Assembly (NCBI RefSeq): GCF_963921235.1 | Contig: NC_086108.1 | Span: forward strand, 111,106,001 to 111,170,000 | Reading direction: 5' to 3' | DNA length: 64,000 nt | From: Mobula hypostoma | Taxonomy: Eukaryota | In this document: in pieces, positions 39,596-53,040 of the stretch | Position numbering within the stretch: the first letter of the stretch is position 1 | How the letters are laid out: each line of letters opens with the position of its first letter | The notes under the pieces: generated by a model | Told to the model about the DNA's origin: nothing | The model's input: the letters and a program-made list of their open reading frames with translations, nothing else | The model's database searches: none | Position numbers and translations under genes: made by a program

Positions 39596-41296
39596 GGAAT
39601 CTATCAAATTACATATATGTCACCATATATCATCTTGAGATTTAACTTTATCAGAAAATGAAGAAATACAACAGAATTTATAAAAAAACAAAGACTAACG
39701 ACTAATGCGCAAATGAAGACAAATTGTGTAAATAAATTTTTAAAAAGATGAGAAGATGAGTTATAGAGTCCTTGAGAGTGAGTCTGTAGGTTGTGGAATC
39801 AGTTCAGTGTTGAGGTGAGTGAGATTATTTACTCTGGTTTGGGGGTCTGTTGGTTGAGGGGTAATAACTGACCCTGAGCCTGGTGGTGTGGGTCCTGAGG
39901 CTCCTGTACCTTCTTTCCGATGGTAGTAGAGAGAAGAGAGCATGGCCTGGGTGGTAGCAGTCTTTGATGATAGATGCTGCTTTGTTAAGGCACTGCATTT
40001 TAAAGATATCCTCAATGGTGGGGAGGTTAATTACCATATACTACCTTGAGATTCACTTTAATGCGGTGTATGTATGGTGAGATGATGGTCTCCATCGGTC
40101 AGAATTGACCATGGGTATGCATTGTAGCTGTCTAGGACGGGGCAGTACAATATGAACAACAAGCTGTTCCCCATGTAGTTTTGCTCCCCCTCTCCATGCA
40201 CCTGATGAACCCAAAGGAACAGCGGAGACCGATACAGTTTGGCACCAGCAACGTCATAGCAGTAACCAGTCAATACCGAACGCAGTGCAGGGCTGCCTTA
40301 GGGATTTCAGCTCTGGATTTTTCCATCAGGGTTGACTCCCGAACCCTTTCCCATGAGTGGGTATAACTGCAAGGCAGTGGAGGTTTGAGATCAGAGTTTT
40401 CCTTCTCCTGGATGAGCTGCCAACCATGGCTAATGACCCCCACCTGCCTGAGGCAACTGGTTTTAAGGTGCCAGTAACCTGCTTTTGCTCCTGCTGTCAG
40501 TAGAAACGGTTCTGCCAGGCTTTGTGGCTAAGCCGCACGTGAAGGCCAGGAGCTGGACTTGGTTGTCAGAGGCACACGCCATTGGGAGCATTTAATGGGT
40601 AGTGGGAGCTTGTCCCTATTACCACCCCCTGGCTGTAACAACCTTAAGGAACCATAAGTATGCAGGAAGATAAAATAAAACCTATCGAATTTATGAAAAG
40701 CTCGGCATAAACAGAGACTGACAAACAATGCCAAAGAAGACAAATTATGTAAACAAAAATAAATAATATGAAAACAATAATGAGTTGTAGAGACGTTGAA
40801 AGTGAGCACTGTCCCTCTCCCACCATCACTGGGGTGAGATGATGGATTAAGAATTGCAATCCGTTCCAGAAGAATGGAGGGGGGATTTCACTGAAACCTA
40901 TCAAAAATTGAAAGGCCTGGATAGGGTGGATGTGGAGACGATGTTTCCTATAGTGGGGGAGTCTAGGGTCAGAGTGCACAGCCTTAGAATACAAGTTTGT
41001 CCCTTTAGAACAGAGATGAGAGAGAACTTCTTCAGCCAAAGGTTGGTGAATCTGTAGAATTCACCGTCACAGGCGGCTGCTGAGACTGTCATTGGGTGTA
41101 TTTAAAGCAGAGGTTGATAGGTTCTTGATTAGTCAGGGTGTCAATTCTATGATGAAAAGATAGAGAATGGGTTGAGAGGGGTAATATATCAGCTGTGACA
41201 GGTTTGCAGAGTGGGCTCGATGGGCTGAATGGCCTCACTCAGCTCCTGAGTCTTATGGTGTTACGGTCTAACTCTCACCATGTCCTTATGCTTCAG

Positions 41297-41670
41297 GTAC
41301 ATTCATCATCTGCTGGACACCTGGGCTGGTCCTGGTCCTCCTCGATGGCCTCCACTGCACCAGCTGTAACCTGGAGGGCTTAAAGAAATGGTTCCTTATC
41401 CTGGCCCTGCTGAACTCTCTGGTCAACCCCCTCATTTACTCGTACAGGGATCGGGAGATCTGGAAAAGTATAAAGTGTTTGTTCTGCCTCGGTTGTGGTC
41501 GCAGCTGTGGGATGCAGCTAGAGGACCTGAATTCAGGATCTCACCGGCAGAGCACAGTATCTGAAATTAGTGGACCGATTAAAACCTACCAGCATCAGGT
41601 TACCATTGACGAGGCAGGCGAGTCCCCTGACCAGTCCTTGGATAGGATTCCGAAACTCTCAGTGAGCTAA
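41297..41670 (+). CDS. LPAR3: LPAR3-like receptor, final coding exon (TM6-TM7 and C-tail)
   Basis: Acceptor cttcag| at 41296. Joined phase-1 frame reads (G)TFIICWTPGLVLVLLDGLHCTSCNLEGLKKWFLILALLNSLVNPLIYSYRDREIW...KLSVS* with CWxP and NPxxY motifs. The 736+374 nt give 369 aa plus stop. The ORF track misses most of this exon. Confidence 0.92.
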
Positions 41671-42830
41671 TGGAAGACAAACTTATGAAGTTCTACAAGG
41701 TTCTTACTGTGACCTCTTTGAAGCAACGTTTTCCATGGTAGTGTGCTCATGGTATGTGAACTGAACTTCTCATGCCTCCTGTTGCCTCCCTTCCACTCAG
41801 AGAGCAGGTTTTCCCCTTAAACAAGAGGCTTCTTGGCCTTGATCTCCATGTTGAGAATCGCTCATGCAATCTGCACACCGGGGGTTAAAACATGGTTGAT
41901 ATTGACGTTGGTGAGACGGACCGTGAAGAGCCACTGGATGATTTGCAAGTCAGAATCAGAATAGATTTATTATCCCTGACATACTGTATGTCATGAAATC
42001 TGTTGTTTTATGGAAGCTCTACAGTACAATACATAAAAAATTACGGTGAGTTATACAACAAAAATAAAACAGAGCAAAATAGCAAGGTAATATTCACAGA
42101 TTCATGGTCCATCCAGAAATCTGATGGAGGAAGGGAAGAAGCTGTTCCTAAAACATTGATTGTGTGTCTTTAGGCTCCTGTACCTCCTCCCTGACGGTAG
42201 CAATAAGAAGAGGGCATGTCCTGGGTGATGGGGGTTCTTAGTGATGGATGCTGCCTTTTTGAAGCATTGCCTTTTGACGATGTCCTTGATGCTGAGGAGG
42301 CTGGTGCCCATGATGGAGCTGGCTGAGACTACTGCAGCCTTTTCCGATCCTGTGCAGCGGCCCCTCCACACCAGATGGTGATGCAACTAGTTAGAAAGTT
42401 CTCTACCATACGTCTGTAGAAACTTGCGACCGTCTTTGGTGACGTACCAAGTCTTCTCCAACTCCTAATGAAGTATAGGAGTGTCTTGGATAAACCTAGT
42501 CCAGAAGAACTGTGCTCCAGGGCTGCTCTTTGAGCTAGTGCCTGAGCAAGTGCAGCCCGTGGGGAAAACATTCCCATGGCTGTTAGAGCATCAATTATCC
42601 CAGCCCACTGTCTGAGATTCTCTGGCCCGCTTATCTTCAGCTGTTTCATCAATGACTTCCCTTTGAACTCAGATTCAGTTTTATTTCTCCCACGCGAAAT
42701 CTGTTGTTTGTGTCAACAAACAACACAACCTAAGGATGTGCTGGGGGCAGCCTGCAAGTGTCACTTCATATTTCAATGCCAACATAGCATGTCCACTATG
42801 TCAGCAGCACACACAAAACACAACAAGCAG

Positions 42831-43209
42831 CAGTAACAGCAAACGCACCCTGTTACTGACACAGTAACAGCAAACGCACCCTGTTACTGACACAGTAACA
42901 GCAAACGCACCCTGTTAGTAACACATACACACCCTGTTACTGACACAGTAACAGCAAACGCACCCTGTTACTGACACAGTAACAGCAAACGCACCCTGTT
43001 ACTGACACAGTAACAGCAAACGCACCCTGTTACTGACACAGTAACAGCAAACGCACCCTGTTAGTAACACATACACACCCTGTTCCTAACATACACACAC
43101 CCTGTTACTGACACACACACATACACCCTGTTACTGACACACAAACACACACACACACACACACATATACCCTGTTACTGACACACACACACACATACCC
43201 TGTTACTCT

Positions 43210-43241
<32 letters not shown>

Positions 43242-43808
43242 TATACCCTGTTACTGACACACACACATACACCCACACACACACACATACACCCTGTTAC
43301 TGACACACACACACACACACACACCCTGTTACTGACACATACACCCTGTTACTCACACACACACACACACACACACACACCCTGTTACTGACACATACAC
43401 CCTGTTACTCACACACACACACACACACACACACACCCTGTTACTGACAACACACCCACACACACACACATATACCCTGTTACTGACACACACACATACA
43501 CCCACACACACACATACACCCTGTTACTGACACACACACACACACACCCTGTTACTGACACATACACCCTGTTACTCACACACACACACACACACACCCT
43601 GTTACTGACACATACACCCTGTTACTCACACACACACACATACACGCCCTGTTACTAACAAACACTCACACACATACACACGCTGTTACTAACACATACA
43701 CTCATACACACACACACACACACACTTCTTAACACACACACACCCCGTTCCAAACACACACACACACACACACACATACACACACACACACACCCTGTTA
43801 CTGACACA

Positions 43809-43846
<38 letters not shown>

Positions 43847-43864
43847 GTTACTAACACATACACT

Positions 43865-43909
<45 letters not shown>

Positions 43910-43950
43910 ACACACACACCCTGTTCCCAACACACAAACGCACTCACTCA
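42831..43950 (+). repeat. Compound minisatellite: 31-bp unit cagtaacagcaaacgcaccctgttactgaca grading into ccctgttactg(ac)n units
   Basis: Period 31 seen directly (42841 and 42872), followed by CA-expanded variants. Confidence 0.92.
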
Positions 43951-45873
43951 CTCTCCTCCCACCCCAGGACAGACTATCACCGGACTCCAGCCTCCAGCAG
44001 GTTCACAGATTTGAAGACATTGGGATCCAATTTCCTCAGTAGACACACAGACCCAGGCTTTGATATTGACTTCTGGTCTTTCAATTGACTTTTGGGTTTT
44101 GGGCTTCGACCTTTGGTTTTGAGCCCAGGACTTGCTGATGACGATGGATGAGGACCCTGACCACTAGGCCTTGAACGCCAGGCTTTCCAATGACGGAACC
44201 CTGGTAACTAGGCCTTGAAGTCCAGTCTCACTGATGGATGTCACCATCACTCGTGCCCCCTGTTCCAGGAACCCCGATCCTGGAACACGGCAACAACTCA
44301 TGACCAGGGTGGACGCCAGCCATCATTCTCGCCAGTCTGTTGGTTCGACATCCAACCGTAAATGATGTACATTCATCATGGCTGATTTATTATCCCTCAG
44401 TCCCTTACTCCTGCCTTCTCCCTGTAACATTTGACTCCCTGATTAATCAAGAACCTTTCAATCTCTGGTTTAGATATACTCAATGACTTGGCCTCCACAA
44501 CCATCTGTGAAAATGAATTTCACAGATTCACCACCCTTTGGCCAAGGAAATTCCTCCTCATCTCTGCTCTGAAGGGAAGTCATTGTGTTCCGAGTCTGTG
44601 CCGTTTGGTCCTAGGCACAGCCTGAATTTTGTGCAAATTCATTGCTGTTAAATCACCTGGATATCTCCAACAGCTCAGCATAAAGGGCATGGACACCTGG
44701 TGCAGGGGAGGCCACGACCGCCTACAGGTTGCCCTCCATCCTGACTTGGAAATACATTAATGCACTTTTGTCACTCGTGGGCTTCAATTCTAGATCACCG
44801 TTTCCCCAGCAGCACAACTTTCACCAGAGGAACTGTTGTGGACAAGCTAGAAGGTGATTGGTGGGAGAGAGGGTTGGTGCCAGAGGGTGCTGAAGTAAGA
44901 AACTAGGAGGTGATATGTAGAAAAGGTAAAGGGTTGAAGAAGAAGGAATCTGATAGGAGAGGAGAGTAGACCATGGGAGAAAGGGAAGTGCTATGACATT
45001 TGACTGGATTGAGAGGTGGAGATAAATTATGTTCTGACCAAGGGTTCTGACCAAGTGTCTTAGGGAGATTAAGTGTCTTAAAGAGATTAGATTTATTTAT
45101 CAAGTACATCAAACCATACAGTGAAAAGTGCTATTTGTGTTAATGACCAACACAGCTGAGGATGTGCTGGGAGCAGCCGGCAGATGTCGCCATGCTCCCA
45201 GCACCCACAACTTACTACCGTTAAACTTTGGACTGTGGGAGGAAGCCAGAGCACCAGGAGGAAACCCACACGGTCACGGGAGAACGTAGAAACTCCTTAT
45301 GGAAAGCATGAGAAGTCGAGCCCTGATTGGTGATTGCTGGTGCTACAAAGTGATTGTACTAACTGCTACACTATCATGCCACCCCCCCCCCACCCCAGGG
45401 TGCCACGCTGTCCTATTGACACTGCCATCAGTCCGGTTAAAACAAAAACTGGAATATAAAAGAATGAAGGGCGGTCTTATTGAAACCTATCCAAGTGTCC
45501 AAAGGCCTAGATAGAACAGACACCGGGAGGATGTCTCCTCTAATGGGGGATCTTAGGACCAGAGGACACTGCTGATGACACCCAGTCCCAGTGTCTGGCG
45601 ACATCGCTGACCTGGGCCGTACAGTTTACTTTTCCTCGCTGTGGCCACATTTTGTCCTCTCTGCCTACTCTGCCTTCCATCAGTAATATGTTAAATGGTA
45701 TGAAATTAGATGGGCTGAATGGCCTATGATGGGAATATGATGGTGAAATGCGTATTTGTTTATCTTTTGTACTGTATATTAGTGAAATGTACATAATGCA
45801 CATTTACTGTATATGTTCAATTAAATGGTGTATTTAACCCTATAACACGATGGAATTCCATTGCACTTCAAAG

Positions 45874-45877
<4 letters not shown>

Positions 45878-45920
<43 letters not shown>
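45878..45920 (+). repeat. (GT)n microsatellite
   Basis: Direct inspection. Confidence 0.95.
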
Positions 45921-45921
<1 letters not shown>

Positions 45922-45943
45922 AAGCACGTGTGAATATGTGTAT

Positions 45944-46829
45944 TGTTACGTACCCCGTAACTGGGTTGCCAAACCAGCAGAAATGGATCACTCAGTTGGA
46001 GTCTGGATTACTAGAACTAAGAAAGTTTTATTAAAGAAACAAGCAACACAGCACTCTAATCAAAAGGATAATGAATGCAACAGTTCAGCAATGATAAACA
46101 CACATGTACACAGAATTAAGATAACAGGATCAATCAAGCTCTATCGTTGTCTAGGGGTAAATGACCAGTTTCAAAGTGACGCAAAGTTCAGTTCAATTTA
46201 GTTCAGTTCAGTTCGCAGTAATCGCTGCCGTGGCAATGGACAGTGGGGGGAAGGAGAGAGAGAGCAAAAACGAATGAATATTCAAGGCTTCCACACAGAC
46301 CTTCGCAGTCAGCTTTCGGGCGAGCCCTTTGTGACATCATCTGAGGTCACCGACCGTGATCCCTCCGTTTCCAGATACGATTGTTTCTCTGCACTGAACC
46401 CGACACCCAGGCAAGGGTGGACACACACCAGGTTCCCGCCGATCGTGCCTTTCCACCCTGTGCGTCTATGGCTTGTCCTGCGACCAGCCGTCCAAAACTT
46501 CCCACCGACTTGTGAGAGACGCACCGCTTCCAGGATCTCGTTACCTCGGATGTTGTGTGTGTGTTGCCTTAGCGAACCTGTCCCTTTTTATCCCCCTGCT
46601 GGGGTATCGCCTGTCCATCACTTCAAACAGTTCAGGGTTCAAAGGGGGAGCCGATCTTGACAGCTCTCTCCTTCTGTTACTCTCTCTCCCGTCCCTTCAT
46701 TACACATCTCCAAATGCTGCTCCATTGTTTTCCTTATCTCTCTCTCTCCTGAAGACAGGTGGCAACTGCTGATTCCACTGGTGCCAGCACAGGACAGCTA
46801 CATCTTAATCTATGTGTATTCTTGTCACA
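45944..46829 (-). mobile_element. Solo LTR (probably Gypsy-like), 886 bp
   Basis: Termini TGTTAC...GTCACA; 4-bp TSD gtat at 45940-45943 and 46830-46833; minus-strand AATAAA at 46027-46032. It interrupts a TG-rich tract. Confidence 0.8.
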
Positions 46830-48073
46830 GTATGGACATGTGTATGTATATGTTTGTGTGTGAATATATGTATGAATATGTGTATAATTATGTGTAGACA
46901 TGTATCTGTGTGTGAGCATGTGTATGAATGTGTCTTTGTGTGTGTGTGCGCGTGTATATATCTATCTGTGTGAGTGTGTGCATGTATGAATTTGTGTATG
47001 TTAATGCATGGGTGAATGTGTATGAATATGTCTGTGTCTGTCAAGTTCAAGTTTATTGTCATCTAACTGTACATCTATACGACCAAAAGAAACAATGGTT
47101 CCTCCAGACCACAGTGCACCCACTTATCGCATACAGCACATTAACCAAAATATTTCTATAAGTAAGTTAATACCATATAGCTCAGAGTCATAAAACACTA
47201 TAGCAACAAAAACAAGGCCTTTAACCCATCTAGAGCATACCAAACTATTATTCTGTCTAGTCCGATCAATTCCTTCTTGGACCAAAACCCTCCAAACCCC
47301 TCCCATCCATGTGCCTATCCAAACTACTCTTCAATGTTGAAATCAAACCTGCATGGACCACTTCTGCTGGTAGCTTGTTCCACACTCTCACTGCCCTCTG
47401 AGTGAAGATAGTTGCCCTCAAAGTTCAAAGTTCAAAGTACATTTATTATCAAAGTATGTATACATTATACAGCCTTCAGATTTGCCTCCTAACAGGCAGC
47501 CACAAAACACAGAAACCCACTAAAAAAAGACTGTTGAATATCCAATGTGTAGAAAAAAAACTCAAATCATGCAAACAGTAACTGCAAGCAAATGGCATTC
47601 TGAACTGAAGACCACGAAGAGTCCAAGGCTCATCGCTCAGTCCTGAGCTGAGTGAATGTCGTGGATTAGTAAGCTGAACCAGCCGTCCCTCGCTTCGGGC
47701 CCTGACACCTTGACCTTTTCAATCTGGCCCGGTGATAAGTAACGGCCGAACATTGGGTTCAATTGCCCCGATCGATCTGGTGCTCAGATCTCGTTGCCTC
47801 AGTTCAGCCTGTACCCGGCACAGCACTTAAATCATCGTCTGAACATTCTTCAGCTTCCCTTAGACGTTTCACCTTTCAGCCTTGACCGATGACACCCAGT
47901 TCTAGTCTCACCCAACCTTAAACAAAACAATACACAGTACATGGGATATCTCTCCATCCTCTCCATGAGGAGCTGTAGGCCAGTGACAATGGGCATTGCT
48001 TACACACTAATATGCAAAGGGCTCTGACTGTAATGTGAGCAATATAGAAAGACCATGGGAAACCTGTTCTGAA

Positions 48074-48095
48074 TGTGTGTGTGTATGTGTGTGTG

Positions 48096-48131
<36 letters not shown>

Positions 48132-49382
48132 TGTGTGCGTGTGTCTGTGTCTGCGTGTATGTGTGTCTGTGTGTGTGTGTGTGTGTGTATCTGTGTGTGT
48201 GTCAGTGTGTGTGTGTGTGTCTGTGTGTGTCTGTGTGTGTGTGCCTGTGTGTGTGTGACTGTGTACGTGTCTGTGTGTATCTGTGTGTGTGTCAGTGTGT
48301 GTGTGTGTGTGTGTGTGTGTCTGTGTGTGTGTGCCTGTGTGTGTGAGTGTGTGTGTGTGACTGTGTACGTGTCTGTGTTTATCTGTGTGTGTGTGTCAGT
48401 GTGTGTGTGTGTGTGTGTGTGTCTGTGTGTCTGTGAGTGTGTGTGTGAGACTGTGTGTGTGTGAGTGTGTGTGTGTATGCATGTGTGACTGTGTGTGTAT
48501 GTGTGTGTGTGTGCGTGTGTGTGAGTGTGTGTGAGTGTGTGTCTGTGTGTCTGTGAGTGTGTGTGTGAGTGTGTGTGTGAGACTGTGTGTGTGAGTGTGT
48601 GTGTATGCATGTGTGACTGTGTGTGTATGTGTGTGTGTGTGCGTGTGTGTGAGTGTGTGTGAGTGTGTGTCTGTGTGCGTGTGTGTCTGTGTCTGTGTGC
48701 GTGTCTGTGTGTGTGTGACTGTGTGTGTGTGTGTGTGAGTGTGTGTGAATGTGTCTGTGTGTGTGAGTGTGAGTGTGTGTGTGTGTGTGGTGTGTGTGTG
48801 TGAGTGTGCGTGTGTGTGGGAGTGTGTGTGTATGTGTGTGTGTATGTGTGTGTGTCTGTGTGTATGTGTGTGTGTGTGAGAGTGTGTGTGAGTGTGTGTG
48901 TGTGTGAGTGTGCATCTGTGTGTGTGTATGTCTGTGTGTATGTGTGTGTGAGTGTGTGTGTCTGTGTGCGTGTGTGTCTGTGTCTGTGTGCATGTCTGTG
49001 TGTGTGTGACTGTGTGTGTGTGTGTGTGAGTGTGTGTGAATGTGTCTGTGTGTGTGAGTGTGAGTGTGTGTGTGTGTGTGGTGTGTGTGTGTGAGTGTGC
49101 GTGTGTGTGGGAGTGTGTGTGTATGTGTGTGTGTATGTGTGTGTGTATGTGTGTGTATGTGTGTGTGTCTGTGTGTATGTGTGTGTGTGTGAGAGTGTGT
49201 GTGTGAGTGTGTGTGTGTGAGTGTGTGTGTGTGTGAGTGTGCATCTGTGTGTGTGTATGTCTGTGTGTATGTGTGTGTGAGTGTGTGTGTATGTGTGTGA
49301 GTGTGTGTGTATGTGTGTGTGTGAGTGTGAGTGAGTGTGTATGTGTGTGTGTGAGAGTGTGTGTGTGAGTGTGTGTGTTACT

Positions 49383-49466
<84 letters not shown>

Positions 49467-49478
49467 CTGTGTGTGTGT
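48074..49478 (+). repeat. Long interrupted (TG)n tract with internal higher-order duplications
   Basis: Direct inspection; accounts for the His/Thr and Cys/Val pseudo-ORFs. Confidence 0.95.
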
Positions 49479-50124
49479 ACACCTAGTGGTTGTCACTGAT
49501 TTTGCTTTGTATTGATCATCTTGTCTTTCTAAACATTTGGTCTGAGAGATACCTTTCCACCAAGGTTTTCTTTCCACCATTATGCCATTTGAATACATCT
49601 TTGTTTTCAGTAAACCTGTTGCCTTTTTAGAACATAGAACACAGAACATCGAGCTTTGACCAGCTATCAATCCGGACGTCGGAAGTTTGAGGAGAGGGGA
49701 TTTCCCTCAGGCCCATTGCCCGAGTAGAAAAGGGAGCAGCAAGAGGGTCACAGCAGAGGAACAGAGCTTTGACCAGTGAGCAATCCACGTTTGAGATTGA
49801 TTAGCAAGAGCAAGTTAACGGAAGGCAGCAGTCACCATCACCTGCGTGGGCAGAGTTGGGGGAGTGATCTTGAGGGTTTAGCTCTTCCAGAGTTCAGCCA
49901 TAGAAAACAAAATAAAATAAAAGCTCCAGGTTAAGTTTTTCCCTTTTTTTCCCTTATATTTAAGAGGGAGTTAGATATGGCCTTTGTGGCTAAAGGGATC
50001 AGGGGGTATGGAGGGAAGGCTGGTGCAGGGTTCTGAGTTGGATGGTCAGCCATGATCATACTGAATGGCGGTGCAGGCTCGAAGGGCCGAATGGCCTACT
50101 CCTGCACCTGTTTTCTATGTTCCT

Positions 50125-50470
50125 ATCTGCTCTGCTCAGTTAGGACAGTAGAGATGACAGGCAGGATAGTTGCCTGCTCCCCTTGTGGGATGTGGGAAGG
50201 CAGGGAGATCTCCAGTGTCCCTGACAACGTCAACTGCGAGGTACATCCAGCTGCAGCTTCCAACAAACCACGTTAATGAGCTGGAGTTGGAACTGGATGA
50301 TCTCCGGATCATTCAGGAGGCCAAGGGGGTGACAGATAGGGCATACAGGAAGGTAGTTACACCCAAGATGCAGGACACAGGAGACTGAGTGACAGTCAGG
50401 AAGGGGAAAGGGGTTAAGGAACTAGTGCAGGGTACCCCTGTAGCCATCCCCCTCAACAACAGGTCTATCA
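50125..50470 (+). mobile_element. CR1 ORF1 5' fragment (zinc finger plus coiled coil); second copy ~59830-60110
   Basis: CSPCGMWEGRE...QLQL...VNELELELDDLRII; homologous CSSCRMWEGRE...RVKELELEMDELQI at 59.9 kb. Confidence 0.7.
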
Positions 50471-52509
50471 CAGAGGGTTGTCTCTTAGATTGACACCTGT
50501 GACTAGGGGGGTGCCTTAGGGATCGGTGCTGGGTCCATTGTAGTTGTTACTGGGGAAGGCTTGGAACATGGACGGTTAATAGCTATATGGACGAACTCTA
50601 TGACTCGAATAATTCGACCATATGTCCATGAATACAACACAAAGAAGAACTGGTGTTAAGATATAAGACATAAAACATAGAAGCAGAATTAGGCTATTTG
50701 GCCCATCAAGTCTGCTCTGCCATTCCATCATGGCTGATTTATTCGTCTCACCCCTGTTCGCTCAGCTTCTCCATGTAAGCTTTGACACCCTGACTGATCA
50801 AGAATGAATCAACCTCCACTTTAAATATATCCAGTAACTTGGTCTCTACAGCTGTTTGTGACAGCCTCACTCCTCAAAATCCAGCGAGTACAGACCCAGG
50901 GCCATCGGGTACTCCTCATACATTAGCCCTTCCATCTCCAGAATCATCCTCGTGAACCTGCTCTGGGTCCTCTTCAATGCCGGCACAGTGCTGGTGCAGA
51001 GGAGATTTACAAGGATGTTACCTGGATTGGGGAGCATGCCTTATGAGAATAGGTTGAGTGAACTCGGCCTTTTCTCCTTGGAGCGACGGAGGATGAGAGG
51101 TGACCTGATAGAGGTGTATAAGATGATGAGAGACATTGATTGTGTGGATAGTCAGAGGCTTTTTCCCAGGGCTGAAATGGCTGGGACGAGTTGGCATAGT
51201 TTTAAGATGCTTGGAAGTAGGCACAGAGGAGATATCAGGGGTAAGTTTTTTACGCAGAGAGTGGTGAGTGTGTGGAATGGGCTGCCGGCGACAGTGGTGG
51301 AGGCGGATACAATAGGGTCTTTTAAGAGACTCCTGGATGGCTTCATGGAGCTTAGAAAAATAGAGGGCCATAGGTAAAGCCTAGGTAGTTCTAAGGTAGA
51401 ACATAGAACATAGAATAGTACAACACAATACAGGCCCTTCGGCCCACAATGTTGTGCCGACCCTCAAACCCTGCCTCTCATATAAGCCCCCCACCTTAAA
51501 TTCCTCCATATACCTGTCTAGTAGTCTCTTAACTTCACTAGTGTATCTGCCTTCACCACTGACTCAGGCTTAGGGACATGTTCGGCACAGCTTTGTGGGC
51601 CAAAGCGCCTGTATTGTGCTGTAGGTTTTCTATGTTTCTATTCCTTCTTAGTTAAGGGGCCCAAAACTACTCACAATATTCCAAGTACAGGCTGACCAAT
51701 GCATTACAAAGCCTCAACATTACATCCTCACTTTTATATTCTCGTCCTCTAGAAATGAATGCCATTTGTCTTAATATTCCATTTGTCTTAATTTTGGAAG
51801 CAGCAGTATAAGTCCCAGGCTTTTTTCCATTGAGGGTGGATGTGACTAGAGCTAGGTGTCATAGTTTAAGGGTGAAAGGTGAAATATTTAATTAATTATT
51901 GAGATACAGCATACAGTAGGCCTTTCCGGCCCTCCAAGCCGCACCACCCAGCAGCCCCCAATTTAACCCAAACTGAATCACAGGAAAATTTACAGTGACC
52001 AGTTAATCTAGCAGCCAGTGGGTTTTTGGAACGTGGGTGGAAACCGGAGCACCCGGAGGAAACCCACACGGTTATAGGGAGAACATACAAACTCTTTCCA
52101 GACAGCAGTGGGAACTAAACCTGGGTCACTGGAACTGTAAAACATTGTGCTAACTACTGCACTACTGTGCCACCCTGCTGATTTAAGGGGAACCTGAGGG
52201 TATACTCATTCAATCAGAGTGTGGTGCCAGTGTGGAATGAACTGGTGGATGTGGGTTTGGTTGTAACATTGAGGAGAAGTTTCAAGAGGTACATGGCTAA
52301 GAGGGGTTGGGATAGCTATGGTCCAGGTGTGGGTCGATGGGACAAGGCAGAATGACAGTTTGACATGGCTTATATAGGCTGAAGGCCTGTCTCTGGCCTT
52401 GCTGTAGCGTTGTACTGCTCTGTGACTCTCTATTCTAGCCCTCTGGAAATGAAGGCTAACATTGGATTTGCCTTCCTCACCACTGACTCAACTTGCAAGC
52501 TAACCTTTA

Positions 52510-53040
52510 GGGAAAGACATCTTTGCCATACAGGGAGTACAAAGAAGGTTCACCAGATTGATTCCTGGGATGGCAGGACTTTCATATGAAGAAAGACTGG
52601 ATGAACTGGGCTTGTACTCGTTGGAGTTTAGAAGATTGAGGGGGGATCTGATTGAAACGTATAAAATCCTAAAGGGATTGGACAGGCTAGATGCAGGAAG
52701 ATTGTTCCCGATGTTGGGGAAGTCCAGAACAAGGGGCCACAGTTTGAGGATAAAGGGGAAGCCTTTTAGGACCGAGATTAGGAAAAACTTCTTCACACAG
52801 AGAGTGGTGAATCTGTGGAATTCTCTGCTGCAGGAAACAGTCGAGGCCAGTTCATTGGCTATATTTAAGAGGGAGTTAGATATGGCCCTTGTGGCTACGG
52901 GGATCAGGGGGTATGGAGGGAAGGCTGGGGTGGGGTTCTGAGTTGGATGATCAGCCATGATCATAATAAATGGCGGTGCAGGCTCGAAGGGCTGAATGGC
53001 CTACTCTTGCACCTATTTTCTATGTTTCTATGTTTCTATG
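52510..53040 (+). mobile_element. CR1-clade LINE 3' end, same young subfamily
   Basis: IPGMAGLSYEERLDELGLYSLEF... and tttctatg tail. It interrupts an older minus-strand CR1 at aacctttaggga|aaccctgcactagg (uninterrupted form near 20892). Confidence 0.93.

Larger units (their letters stand above)
13335..41296 (+). other. ~28 kb GT-AG intron of the LPAR3-like gene, filled with transposons
   Basis: gtaagt...cttcag ends with compatible phase; an intron in TM6 is the known architecture of EDG-type LPA receptors. Confidence 0.88.

Noticed and set aside
42831..43950. CRISPR-like look (palindromic repeat with intervening sequence)
   Set aside because: The spacers are identical or (AC)n rather than unique, the context is vertebrate, and there are no cas genes.
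47918..49670. His/Thr-rich and Cys/Val-rich ORFs (also 43409-43951)
   Set aside because: Translations of (TG/CA)n tracts.
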